From contig NC_083413.1 in assembly GCF_020745735.1 (NCBI RefSeq), forward strand, positions 19,220,001-19,284,000: 64,000 bases of DNA, in the 5' to 3' direction. Source of the DNA: Hemiscyllium ocellatum. Taxonomy: Eukaryota. This document shows positions 24,269 through 37,868 of the stretch, piece after piece (position 1 is the first letter of the stretch; each line of letters begins with the position of its first letter). Both the position numbers and the translations under genes were made by a program. The notes under the pieces were generated by a model that saw only the letters and a program-made list of their open reading frames with translations, was not told the DNA's origin and made no database searches.

Positions 24269-24989
24269 TATTATGAATGAAAAGATGTGTACTGTACCTT
24301 TAAGAGAGAGAGGTAGCGATCAAGGACTAACTGAAAGTATAGTGTGTCCTGGACAAGGTAAAAATGTAACACTTGATTGGAACAAATAGCTGGAGTGTGT
24401 TGCCATATAACAAAAATAAATTCAAATTTAACCAATCAGTTTAAATTATGCCCCAGATACCAAAATCCAATTGAATTTGAATTTAGTGTTTTGATTACAT
24501 CAAACCAATGAAAGAATCTGATATTTTGGGGTATAAAGCTAGATATTTTGAACAGTTAGAGGGAGAATTGCCAAGAAAACCAACAAGTAGGGACTGTTAC
24601 GCAAATAGCGCTCTGAAATGTATCTGTCCGAAAGAAAAGTTGGTCAGCAGAAGAAGAAGAGATGACCCAGGAAAACACAGTGAGAATCAATGAAACTGAC
24701 TGATGTTGAAACGTGATTTTGTTTTGTAAATCATAATCGGGGTTTTGTTCAATCAGACTAGTATTTTAGAGTGACAGGTAAAAGACAGATTGAAGAGAAA
24801 GAAGTTGTAAATAGCTGTGGTTTTAATGTTCTCTGTTGATGTTAAAGAATCAAATGGTTAATTTGTTACTTTAAATAGTGAAATCTGGGATAATTCTTTG
24901 CTTCTCGAAATTTAACAGATTAAGGTGCAGATGAGCTTCTCTCTGTGTCAGGTATAAATTAGCACAGTGGTTTACCCCATGTCGTAACA
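24269..24989 (+). mobile_element. Solo LTR, duplicated copy
   Basis: Homologous to 6006-6727 with the same flanks. Confidence 0.7.
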
Positions 24990-25477
24990 CAGTGAACATA
25001 AACTATCAATCATCCCATTCACTATGACCATGCAAAACAATTTGGGTAGTTCCATAATGCTGACCAAAGAACACTAAAGAAATAGAAATATATTTCCAAG
25101 TCAGGAATGTGGGTTGTTTGGAGACATTCTGCTTACTGTTCTCATGCATCTGATGACCCTGTGCTTCTGGATGGTAGATGTCATAAATTAGAAAAGTGCT
25201 GTTTAAAAAGCCGTGATGAATTTTGCAGTTCACCTTGTAAACGCTATTGATTATTGGCAGTGGAGGAAGAGAATATATGGGAATATGGTGACAATCAAAT
25301 CAAACGGTTTGTTCTGGGTGGTGTCAAGATACTTTAGGGTTGCTTGAGCCGCACCCATCTGAGCAAGTGGGAGAATTCCAGGATATTACTGATATATAGG
25401 GCTTTTGCCCAAAACGTCGATTTTCCTGCTCCTTGGATGCTGCCTGACCTACTTTGCTTTTCCAGCACCACTCTAAA

Positions 25478-26765
25478 CTTCCTGTTCATATTCCCATCCA
25501 GGTGCCTTTTTAATGTTGCAATTCTACCAGCCTCTCCCACTTCCTTGGGTAGCTTATTCTATATACACACCACCATATGTGTGAAAACGTTGCCCCTTAG
25601 GTCCAACCCTTAGGTTTTAGTCTTTCCCCTCTCACCTTTATCCCCCATGGCCCATAGCTTTGTACGTCCCTACACTGGAGAAAAGACTTTGACTATTCAC
25701 CCCATCCTTGCTCCTGATGGTTTTATAAACTTTTATATGGTCATCCTGAAGCCTCTGATGCTCTAAAGAAAGTAGCCTTCAGATCTTGAGCTTCTTCCTA
25801 TTGCTCAAACACTGAAACCCTGGAAACAGTTTCTGTCAAACTTTTCGGAACCATTTGAAGTTTCACAACATCTTTCTTATAACAAGGAGTCCAGACGTGA
25901 ACACATACATGGTATTCCAAACTTGGACTCACCAATGACCTATGCAACTGCAACGTGACCTCCCAACCCCTACACTCAAAGCACTGGCCAATTTCGGCAA
26001 TTGTACCGAGTGCCTTCTTGACTACCCAGTCTATCTGCGACTCCATTTTCAAGGAACTATGAACCTGCACTCCAAGATACATTTGTTCAGCAACACTAAC
26101 CAGGAGCTTCCAATCAAGTATATAAGTTACTCCCTAACAAAGTGTAGCACCTCACATTTAATGAGATTCAACCTCATCTGCCACTCCTTGGCCCATCGGC
26201 CAATCAGATCAAGGTCCCCTTGCATTCTGAGGTAATGCTCTTTGCTGTCCACTACACCACCAAGTTTGGAGGCATCTGCAAAATTACTAACCATATGTCC
26301 GATATTCACATACAAATCATTTATATAGATGACAGAAAGCAGTGGATCCAACATGAGACCCTGTGGTGCACCGGCCAAAAAGCAACCCGCCACCACCAGC
26401 CTCTGCCTTCTACCTGCAAGTCAATTTTGTTTCCAAATGGCTGGTTCTCCCTCTGTCCAATGTCATCCAGCGTTATTGAACAGTCTACCTTGTCAAAACC
26501 TACTGAAGTCCATTTCGACAACATCCATTGTTTTGCTTTAATCTATTCTCTTTGTCACTACTTCAGTTCTTTAAAAAATGCAATTAACTTTGTGAGACAC
26601 AATTTCCCACTCATAAAGCCATGGTAACTAACCCCAATCAATCCTAGCCTTTCCAAATCCATAGAATTCCTTTCCATCAAAATTTCCTCCAACAAATTGT
26701 CCACCATTGATGTCAGGCTCACTTGTCTACAGTGCCTGGTTATTCCTTATCACCTTTCTTAAATG
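25478..26765 (-). mobile_element. CR1 LINE RT and 3' fragment
   Basis: ORFs 26127-26396 and 25798-26082 give RT motifs; homologous to 7215-8500. Confidence 0.85.
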
Positions 26766-27219
26766 CAGTCATAAAGTCATTTTTCTTAAGTGCTTATGTC
26801 TGTGCCCAAAGAAATTACAAAGTTTCTGGCAGCATCTGGCAAGTACAGACTGACTCTGTTTAGAACTTCAGTTTGTAAACTCATGACCTGACATTTTTCC
26901 ATTTTACCAATGCTATCAAGCCAGGCATTGACTATATTTCAACCAAGAATATAACAGGTCATATGGGAAGCAATTAACAGTTATATCGAAAAATGAGTTG
27001 CCAACCTACAGGCTTACATGACAAACAGTAGAAGTAGCATGAAATTGTAAGTGATACGTGAGCCACATTCAACGGTGTTGCCATGTAGCCAGTAGACAAT
27101 TGAACAAATGAGAGAGCGAAACACTCCCCAAGTATTCCCATCCACAATGATGGAAATAATCAGTACAACAATTTAGAAGTCAGTTAATTGCAAACTTCCT
27201 CAAACCAGACAATTGTCAC

Positions 27220-28140
27220 CCCATCCGTGTAGTTATTAGCATTAGCAAAGGGATTGAATGTATTGTCGATAGTGTCACCAACTGGCATTTGCACAGCAAT
27301 AATCTCCTCACGGATGCTCAGTTTAGATTTTTACACAGCCATTTAGCAACCAACTTCATGAAAACCTTGGCCCAAGCATGGATACAAGAGTTGAACTCCA
27401 GAAGTGGGGTGAATGTGACTGCTCTTGATGACAAAGCATCAACCTGTGGCTTCCACAACGCCAAACAAAATTACAATCAATGCAAATTGGGAAGATGATG
27501 CTCCATGATTGAAGTCTTATATAGCACAAATGAAGATGCTTGTGGTGTTGGATATTAATCATCTCAATGGCAGGAGATCAGTGCAGGAATAACATCAGGT
27601 AGTGTCCTAGGGCCAATCATCTTCATCCAGTTTATCATTGACCATCTGTCCAGCAGAAGTCCAAAATTGGGAGTGTTCTCTGTTGATTGAACAATGCACA
27701 GCACCACCTACAATCAGTTGTTGAAAACCCTCAAGTTGAAATACAGCAAAACCTGGTGAACATGAAGGCTTGGATTCACAAAAGAGCAAGTAAAACTGAT
27801 GCCACATAAGTCCAAGATAACAGTCATCTTCATCAAGAAACAATCCAATCATTTCTTTTTGACTGTTATTAGCCTGAATCACAATCAATAGCCTGAAGCA
27901 TACCATCGACCAGAAACCCAAAAGAGTCATTCATGGCAGTAACGTGACCACACAAGCAGGTCAGTAGCTTGTAATTTTCTGGTAAGTAACTCATCTTCTC
28001 TGTACAACAGCTGTCATAGCAGCGTGGAGCCACAACTCAGGAGTATCATGTGATATTCTCCACATGCCTACTTTATTGCAGCTCCAGGAACACTCAAATG
28101 TTTTGACACTACTAAGGACAAAACAACTTGTTTCATATCA
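27220..28140 (+). mobile_element. Ancient CR1/L2-group LINE fragment
   Basis: ORF 27289-27498 NNLLTDAQFRF...; homologous to 8920-9960 without the Penelope insertion. Confidence 0.6.
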
Positions 28141-28477
28141 ATTGAAAAGAATAAAACTGAACCATATCTGGGTAATTTCTGGAAGCTGAAGTCCCTTTTT
28201 CATGCTTGACTAGAGTTGAATAAAATATAATGGTTTGGAAACAATGAAGAATTCAGGGCTCTTTGCTTTTGAAGTAACAATAGCATCTAATCGTTTCTAA
28301 TTGTTGAAGAGACTTAATAAAGCAGGAAAGATTAGAAATGCAGTTAGCAGGATTTCATTCCATGCAGGTACATCCCAAATGATTTCTTAGCCATCACATT
28401 ACCCACTCGGCCTTTATCATCGATTAGCGGCCAACTTGGTTGACACTCCACCCAGCATGCATTTCCTTAACTTCTGG

Positions 28478-29598
28478 TCATAGAGTCATAGAGATGTACA
28501 GCATGGAAACAGACCTTTCGCTCCAACCCGTCCAAGCCAACCAGGTATCCCAACCCAATCTAGTCCCACTTGCCAGCATCCGGCCCATATCCCTCCAGAC
28601 CCTTCCGATTCATATACCCATCCAAATGCCTCTGAAATGTTGCAATTGTACCAGCCTCCACCACTTCCTCTGTAACAAGCTCTATGTGAAAACGTCGCCC
28701 CTTAGATCTCTTTTATATCTGTCCCCTCTCACCCTAAACCTATGCCCTCTAGTCCTGGCTCCACGACCCCAAGGAAAAGACTTTGCCTATTTATCCTATC
28801 CATGCTCCTCAGGATTTTGTAAACCTCTATAAGGTCATCCCTCAGCCTCCGATGTTCCAGGGAAAACAGCCCCAGCCTGTTCAGCCTCTCCCTATAGCTC
28901 AAATTTTCCAACCTTGGCAATCACCTTGTCAATCTTTTCTAAACCTTTTCAAATTTCGCAACATCTTTCCAATAGGGAGGAGACCAGAACTGCACACAAT
29001 TTTCCAACAGTGGCCTAACCAATGTTCTGTACAGCCGCAACATGACCTCCCAACGCCTGTACTCAATACTCTGACCGATAAAGGAAAGCATACCAAACAC
29101 CTTCTTCACTATCCAATCTACCTGCGACTCCACAGTCAAGGAGCAATGAACCAGCACTCCAAGGTATCTTTGTTCAGCAACATTCCCTAGGACGTTACCA
29201 TTAAACATATAAGTCCTGTTTTCCCAAAATGCAGCACCTCGCATTTATCTGAATTAAACACCTTCTGCCACTGCTCAGCCCATTGGCCCATCTGGTCCAG
29301 ATCCTGTTGTAATCTGAGGTAACCCTCTTCACTGTCCGCTACACCTCCAATTTTGGTGTCATCTGCAAACTTACCAACTGTACCTCTTATGCTCGCATCC
29401 AAATCATTGACATAAATGACAAAAAGTAGAGGGCGCAGCTCCGATCCTTGTGGCACTCCACTGGTCACAGGCCTCCAAGTCAGAAAAACAACCCACCACC
29501 ATCACCCTCTGTCTTCTACCTTTGAACCAGTTCTGTATCCAAATGGCTGGTTCTCCCTGTATTCCATGAGATCTAACCTTGCTAATCAGTCTCCCATG
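28478..29598 (-). mobile_element. CR1 (HER1-like) LINE 3' end
   Basis: TSGVPQGS..KFADDTKIGG; RLNRLGLFSLE; catagagtcatagag tail. Confidence 0.92.
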
Positions 29599-30249
29599 TG
29601 CACAACAGCAACATGGAACACTCTCTACAAGATGCTCAGGAGGACCATTCTTCCTTTGACAACATCTCCTACTCTATGGAATGGCAAAGCCTGTGGGTGA
29701 ACAGAAAAATCAGCGCCCGAAATTTTCCTTTCACCAGTGCTAATTGGCTGGCTGATCAATTCTTATTGACTGCGCATTCTTACCATCATATGATGTGTGC
29801 ACAGGCAATTTGAAAAAGGTGTAATGTTTGAATATAAATCTTGTTCATGTTGTCTCAGTATATCATTAGGTAATGATTCTGCAAGCATCAGTAAGCACTT
29901 TTCAATGGAATATTTAAGTGGGCATTGAAGCGTCCTTATTTCTGAGCCAGGAGGCCTAAGTTCAAAACCTACTATGTAATATCATCTCTGAACAGGGTAA
30001 CGAGAAAGTATCTAATTGAGCACTATATCAGATCAACTCATGATCTTTAAGTAGTCAGGATTGTCCAGAAAATGCTGCCTTATAACCAAATCGCATTGTG
30101 TAGTGGTTATTGTGCACTGACATTCAAACATAATAAGCATTTTAGGGCTGATGCCTGAATTCTGTCAGTGAAAAATGCCATTCACATAGCACTACATAGT
30201 AGCAGCATTAAACAGCTTTCTTAACCTGCCAGGCAGATGTTTAATAAAA

Positions 30250-30668
30250 CGTGGTTCTGGAAAAGGCACAGCAGGTCAGGCAGCAACCAAGGAGCAAGAG
30301 AGTCGAGATTTTGGGCAGGAACCTTCTCCAGACTTGGTGAGGGAGAAGGGGCTTAATAGATAATCTCAACCCCCTTCCCACTACCCACTACTGAAGGAGG
30401 GTCCTGCCCGAAACTGAGCTTTCCAGCACCACGCTATATCAACTCTAATTCTTCAGCATCTGCAGTCCGCACTGTCTCCTAGATGTTTGATAAAAAACCA
30501 AAAGAACTGCAGATGCTCTAAGTCAGGAATAAAAGCAGAAATTGCTGGAAAAACTCAAAAGGTCTGCCAACATATATGGGTCACTCAACCCGAAACGTAT
30601 ATCTGATTTCTCTCCACAGACACAGCCTGACATATTGAGCTTTTTAAGCAATTTCTGGGTTTTGTTAT
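30250..30668. mobile_element. Two adjacent palindromic Penelope-like elements
   Basis: Homologous to 12093-12510; hammerhead remnant CTGAAGGA-GGGT-CCT-GCCC-GAAAC at 30391-30414. Confidence 0.65.
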
Positions 30669-31292
30669 GCTGTTGCAGATGTTTGAGACATTTTGTCCTT
30701 TTAAATAATTTGAAATAGAGCAGATAGTTTCCAAATCCAGAAGTGGCAGCCTTTGGCACATTTGTGAGTTTGCATGAGGCATAGCAAACAATGGTTTGAC
30801 CAGAATTAGCGTTGCCCCGCAGAATATGAGGACAGCTGAAGGGAGATGATGATAGTATTCCCGCTGCTTTCTGGACTTCTAGTTTTGAGGTACTCAATTC
30901 CACTGGAAAATACACCTCAGACCTCCTCCTGGAAGACCACTTCAGAGTTCTGAGGGTCCATCGACCCGCACATCTTACACTGTGGGAGGAAACCAGAGCA
31001 CCCGGAGGTAACACGTGCAGGTGTGGGGGGAATGCATAAACTCCACAAGACAGTTGCCCGAGGCAGGAATCAGAGCCAGGTCCCTGGTAGCAGTGCTAAC
31101 CGCTGTGTCATCTCAGTTGGATTGAAGCTACACAGGTGACTGCATTTTCAATTATTTTCTTCATGAGTCTCTTGTTGATTAAAGTGGTGCTGTGTTTTCT
31201 TCAGGGACCAGCCAAGTAATTTTTTGATGGTCATTAGAGATTGAAATCAATTTGGCGTCATTATGGCGAGGTTTACTGAAATAGCTACAGCT

Positions 31293-31301
31293 TATATAAA
31301 A
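31293..31301 (+). promoter_or_regulatory. Candidate TATA box, V2R copy 2
   Basis: TATATAAAA about 50 bp upstream of ATG 31347. Confidence 0.55.
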
Positions 31302-31346
31302 TTAGTCATCTTACTCTAAAACCAAGGACAAACATTTGCCCTGTCA

Positions 31347-34300
31347 ATGATGCATTTTTTGGTCCTTTTAGTGATGAATTCTGCCCTTGCCTTGGCGTGG
31401 ACCAGTAATGAGCAGACTTGCAAACGTTGGAGTAGACTTGATTTGCTGGGTCTCTCGAAGGATGGAGATATCATATTAGGTGGAATTTTTGGGATGCATT
31501 CTTACCACGTTGAGCATCGGCAATTCACGTTCAGCAGTCAACCTGAGCCAGCAAAATGCATCAGGTCGGTTCAACTGCCCTATTGCTGATTCAAGGGTTT
31601 ATACATTTACATTCGTATTTAATTTGTGAATTGAAGGTAAAATAATTGTTTGGTTTACTTTTGCAGCATGTCCCAATTTGTTTCATAATCAAGCAGGTAC
31701 TTTTGCAATTTATTCAATGTTGCCACGTGGTGATGCAGCAATGTATGAACCTCAAGCTTCCACAATTGGTCTTGTTCAAAACTCAAAACCCACTTTGAGC
31801 ATTTTGGAATGAAGGATACGTGTCAGTTAATACATTGTGAGAGGGCCCCTGCTCTTCTTTGAAATACTTCTATTGGACCTGAGAAGGAAGGTCGCGGACC
31901 CGCTGAAAGTCTTTTTTGAAATTGAAGACAGTGACATATCTTTGTTTAATGTCAGTTAAGATTTTATGTTCAAGGCTCTGCATTGAAGTATTTATCCATC
32001 AACTTGCAATTTAGTGGCATTGTTACTGAATTGTAATTAATAATAGCTACGTAGTGATTCTCTCAGGAAAAAAAAACTGCTATTGTTGTTTTAAAGTTTG
32101 TTTTTACACCTTCTCTGCAGCTTTCGGTTCAGAGCTTTCCGTTTTGCACTGGCGATGATTTTTGCAATCGAAGAAATAAATAACGATACAGCTCTACTTC
32201 CCGGTGTCACACTGGGATACCGTCTGTACGATTCTTGTAAGTTGACTCAGTTATCGCTGAAAGCAGCTATGGCGTTTCTGAACAAACCCGAGGCAAACAC
32301 GCCCTCTGTTAATTGTAAAAACTCCTCCGTTGTTTCTGCGATTGTTGCTGATTCTGGATCTACGAGGTCTTTAGCAATAGCACCTTCCATGGGTATCTTC
32401 AGAATCCCTATGGTAAGAGATGGTGTTCACTAACTCGGTTGTGCAATGTGAATACATTAAGATCAACAGTGCATATGATGTTATATGGGTCATTTAATCT
32501 ATTGTCAGTGCAAAATTTGGAATTTGTTCATCCAAAGGAGACCAAGGTCTGCAGTTACATCGCCTTTAGAATGTTCATTCAGAATGGTGAGACTGTCCAG
32601 TACAATGACTGTTGATTGCTCTTTGGCTCGGTTTAGCCATAGTTTTATAACGAAGCTATTATTCCTCTTCATCTAACATAGTGCTTTGAAAGTCTCATTT
32701 CAAAAATTTAGTGTTGAATAAAAGTAACCAATAAAAAAGCGAACATTCAAAAATGATTCCAACAATTGGCAATTTTAGTTCATTTTTATTCACTGCTGAG
32801 TTGCGGGTTGGACTGGCAAAACCAACATTTGTTTCCAGCCCCAAGTTATCCTTGAACTGAATGGCTTCCAGCAACGTCTGCGAGCCAGGTTTACAGTGAG
32901 CTATATTACGAGGACCAAAAACAGAAATTGTTGGAAAAACTGAGCAGACCTGGCAACATCTGTGGAGAGAAATCAGCGTTAATGTTTCGGTACCGTGACC
33001 TTTCTCCAGAACATCATAGAGTCACGTGTAGGATAGATATCAGTGAACGAGATGGGAACGTTTGTTTTACTGCCAGCGTAGCTTAATGCTCACCGTTACT
33101 AGGGCTATCTTTATTTTCCATACGTGCCCTTTGAATTTAGCCACCTCTAGTTACCATGGTGATGTGCCGATACTATTTGCACACTGCACCTTCACTCTTT
33201 GCTCACACGAAGAGATTCAACAAATGCTAAATGAACCACATCCTAAGATTTTAAAATGACTATTTTATCAGAGCTTTACTCCATTTCTAACCAACCTGTC
33301 TCGTGATGATATTGTACCCTAAGGGCAAGTTGTGATGGTATTTGGTCCACAGGTCAGGACCACAAAAGCCCTACACCATTTTTCTTTGCAGGTGTTTGTC
33401 AATACTTTGTGTTCTTTTCATGAACCATGGTAACTTAATTTACGAGTGATCAATTCAGCTGTTACCAATTTTCCTTAAGTGTAATGTCGTTCGCTTTTCA
33501 AAACTGTTACCATATTTGTCCGTCTTACTTTTTAACTAAAACCTTAACCCACTCATTGGAAACAGTGCCTTGGTGAAATGAATTTTACGGTCAGGGATGT
33601 TGTATTTAATCACATGCTTTTGTTTTTGATGCATGATTTAAAATAAAAACAGATAACGTTCACAATAATGGGCAGGTCAAGCACATCTTTCAAGGGAGAA
33701 ATCGTAACTTCAAAAATGAACTAATGTCATGTTGAATTCAGCATCGTGATGCGAGACCACATAAGTCAATTTTTCGACTAGTTAGGGCAGAAAAACATTC
33801 TACAAGGGATCAACTGAGTAAAAAACAACTTTCATTTCATTAAATACTCTTGTGCTGTCACCTCTAATGTAAAGATCAAGCAGCAAAGTGTTGACACAGA
33901 ACGCTGTTCCTTGAGATTTGGAAATTAAGGATTTGTCACATTGAAAGGGGAGCAACATACACATTAATGTAATGTATACAAAGCCTACCCAACAATAAAC
34001 CACAGCATAAATAGAATGCAAAATGATACAACACAAACATGATGTTCACAATTGATATATTTCTAAATTAAACTAATTGTATAGCTACTGGTTTACTACG
34101 AATGTGTAATCATACCTGAGAGACAGTAAGCTTAATTTTGCTACCAGAAGCTGAATTCTTCAATATTGTACCTCGCAAACTTAGATTTGAAAACCAGTAT
34201 TGTTGAAAACGTTGTTAAAGATATAAGGGTTTGGTTGAAGAGTAATTTTAATTTTCGACAATGACCAGGGAGATTTACGCACATATCCTACATCTTATTT

Positions 34301-37300
34301 TTTTTCTTTTGCCTTCATTGACTTCCATGTGAATGCACAAAAGATGAGATCAACAGTGGACCATCTCTATTAGACAAAGTTAGAAATTGCTCAAGGTCAC
34401 CTGTAGAGAAAGAGAGTGTGAATAAGAGAATGTTCATAGACATTCTTTACGTCAAATTCTGAAGATTGGACATTATGCATGATTGTGGTTCGGACAAGAA
34501 AGAGCAAAGATTGGAATGAATCTTGGGAGTGAATATTTGAATGGGATGTTTTGAAATTATGAAATAAATTGTATATTGTCTGTTTAAGAAGATCCACTCC
34601 TGAGGCACTGTAGGAGGTAAACGTATTGCACTTCTCCACTGATATTTTTGCCTTGGTATCATGAACAACTACAAATTATCATCGAAATACAAAGTTTGTT
34701 TTTTGCTTTATTTGTGGCAGATTAGTTACTTCGCAACCTGTGCATGCCTGAGCAATAGAAAAGAATATCCATCATTTTTTCGAACAATACCAAGTGATTA
34801 CTATCAGGCGAGAGCATTAGCCCAGCTGGTGAAGCATTTTGGATGGACCTGGATTGGGACAGTTAAGAGCGACGATGACTATGGAAACTTTGGAATGCAT
34901 GCATTTGAAGAGGAAGTTCAACAGTTAGGCGTTTGCATAGCCTTTTCTGAGTCGTTTCACTTAACATATGCTCGAGAGAAATTACTGAAAACAATTGACA
35001 CCATAAAAACCTCTTCTGCAAAAGTTGTCATTGCCTTTGTGGGAGAATCAAACATGCGGACTCTACTAAAAGAAATGATTAGACAAAATGTCAGCGGCAT
35101 ACAATGGATTGGAACTGAATCATGGGTTTCTGCATTGCTTCTTTCTCCGGAGGAAATCAAAAAGATTGCTTCTGGTACAATTGGAATTGCAATTCGCAAA
35201 GTCCGTATACCAGGGTTGAGAGACTTCCTAATGAAAGTTCATCCATCCTTGTATCCAGAGAACCTTTTGGTCAAACTGTTTTGGGAAAGTTGTTTTGGCT
35301 GTACTCTAACTGATGGAAACAAAACAGATTCACGAAAAACTGAATCGGAGCTGAAGAAATGCACAGGAAGAGAAAATTTACAAAATATCCAAAATGAATT
35401 TACTGATGTCTTGCAATACAGAGTCACGTACAACGTGTACAAAGCAACTTATGCAATAGCTCATGCACTTCACAATATGGCGTCATGTAAAACTGGGTCA
35501 GGGCCTTTCACCAATGGGAGTTGTGCCAATATTTCAAATTTTCAAGCATGGCAGGTGAGGAACATTTAACATGGATTGAGCTCTGCATTTACATATATGT
35601 CAAAAGTGGTCAAATTCACAGTAGAAAATTTGCAATTAATGTAAATAAGTTCTCATTTTGTTTTTTTTGTTTAAAGTTACTACATTATATGAGAACAGTG
35701 AAATTCACAACCAAGATCGGAGAAAAAGTTTATTTTGATGAAAATGGAGACCCTGTCGCAACATATGATATTGTAAACTGGCAACCAAATGTTCTCGGTA
35801 ACATCGACATTGTAAATGTTGGGCTCTATGATGGATCAGCTCGTTTCGGAGAAGAACTTTCAATAACAGAAGGGGCGATTGTTTGGAGTGGTGGTCAGAA
35901 GTCGGTAAGATTTCTGGAAAACCATCCCTTTTAAACTGACTTAATTTTTATTTCAAAATCCGGCCACATTGCAGGAATAAATAAAGAAAACATTTTTATT
36001 TCTGAATTTGATTTTCATTTTAGCCATTAAATGGTATTACTGCAAATTGCATCTGATTTTATTTTGATATTTCCCTATTTCCTTTTTTAATAAAATGAAG
36101 CAAATCCCGGAACACATCTGGTATGTTATCTCAAGAATCTGCACAAACCTACTATTCGCACTTTACTGACATGATGAGGTCACAAGTGCTGATATTATTT
36201 AAAAAGCAATAGTGCTCACAAAGGTGACATAATTAGGATTTGTTCTGTTACCAGAGTGAATGTTCTACATTTGCCACAGGGAATTACTAACATTTCTTCA
36301 TCATGGTATTCATATTCCTAATGAGGTACCTAAAGCTGTTTGTTCTGAAAGCTGCCATCAAGGAACAAGAAAAGCAGGAAGAAAAGGACAACCCGTTTGC
36401 TGTTTTGATTGTATACAATGTGCGCAGGGTGAAATTAGTAACACAACTGGTAAGGATGCACCATTGCCACAGGCATTGTTTCTTAAACTACATGTGCATT
36501 GCTCATGTTTCAAGATTCCTCGTATACTGATGAAGTCTTGTGTTGCTTTTTAGATTCCATTCATTGCATAAAATGTCCATTGGAATACAAATCTAATGAA
36601 AGACGGGATCAGTGCGTTCCAAAGGAAATTGTGTTCCTTTCCTTTTTCGAGACAATGGGAATCATTTTGATGACACTGGCGCTGTTTGGAGCCTGCACCA
36701 CTATTGCTGTATTTGCAATATTCTACATCGACAGACACACTCCAATTGTGAAAGCTAATAACTCAGAGTTAAGCTTCCTTCTACTTTTTGCCCTGACACT
36801 TTGTTTTCTGTGTTCAATTACATTCATTGGGGAACCTTCAGTTTGGTCTTGTATGCTCTGCCACGTAGCATTTGGTATTAGTTTTGTTCTTTGCATTTCT
36901 TGTGTATTGAGTAAAACAATTGTTGTGGTGATGGCGTTCAAAGCAACATTTCCCAGCAATAATATGATGCAATGGTTTGGACCAAGGCAACAACGGCTGA
37001 TGGTTTACATCCTCACACTGGTACAATGTGTAATATGTACTGCCTGGTTAATTGTATTTCCACCTTATCCATTGAAAAATACTAGTCACTCTAATGAGAT
37101 AATCGTCTTTGAATGCAATGTAGGATCTTTGTTAGCCTTCTACAGTGTACTTGGTTATATTGGATTTCTGTCCTGTGCATGTTTTGTCATGGCTTTTCTG
37201 GCTCGACAACTTCCAAATAACTTCAATGAAGCGAAACACATAACGTTTAGCATGCTTATCTTTTGCGCAGTTTGGATAACTTTCATTCCAGCGTACATAA

Positions 37301-37485
37301 GTTCGCCAGGGAAATATGCTGTGGCAGTTGAAGTATTTGCTATTTTGGCTTCTAGCTTTGGTCTTCTTATTTGCATTTTTTCTCCAAAATGTTACATTAT
37401 TCTGTTGAAGAAAGAAAACAATACAAAGAGGAACATGATGGGCTCAGTGGGTTCAAAAAAATTCTTTCAGAGTGTTGATAAATGA
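31347..37485 (+). CDS. V2R/OlfC vomeronasal type-2 receptor (extracellular calcium-sensing receptor-like), copy 2, intact, 875 aa
   Basis: Exons 31347-31564, 32121-32412, 34721-35554, 35677-35904, 36326-36449, 36554-37485 (218+292+834+228+124+932 = 2628 nt, phases consistent). Signal peptide, Venus flytrap, Cys-rich and 7TM domains. Confidence 0.93.
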
Positions 37486-37692
37486 GACACAGATGTTTTA
37501 GTAGATAATGACCTTGTCATAATGATAGTGAATGGCAATTCCATGTGAAGAGCCATAAAGCAAAATATTGTACCAGCACTCATTTTACATAATCGAACAA
37601 TGACCTGCAATACCTGCAATTTTGGAGTTTGGCTGATAATTTTGACTATTTTATACATCTGTCCCAAGTTTCATTTGCATGAAACCTCGGAG

Positions 37693-37868
37693 CAGAGGAA
37701 CCTCACTTACCCAGCATTCAATTATCTGAATTTCAGATTATCTGAATAATGTCGCAAGGTCCTGATGTGTGGTTAAACTGTTTTATCCAACATTCGATTA
37801 TCTGGCATTCGATTATCCAAACAAAGTAGACCCTGCCAGTGTCGTTCAGATTATCAAGGTTCCTCTTG
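37693..37868. mobile_element. Tigger/pogo-like MITE, copy 2 3' UTR
   Basis: Same terminal inverted repeats as 19512-19687. Confidence 0.7.

Noticed and set aside
30523-31014. 163-aa minus-strand ORF repeated at 48707-49198, and other short ORFs shared between units
   Set aside because: Spans SINE and Penelope fragments and is not open in unit 1; shared only through recent duplication.
31347-37485. Calling the genes CASR, GPRC6A or TAS1R orthologs
   Set aside because: Tandem multicopy arrangement, short C-terminal tail and motifs ([27 protein letters not shown]) fit V2R/OlfC; no specific symbol can be assigned without a phylogeny.
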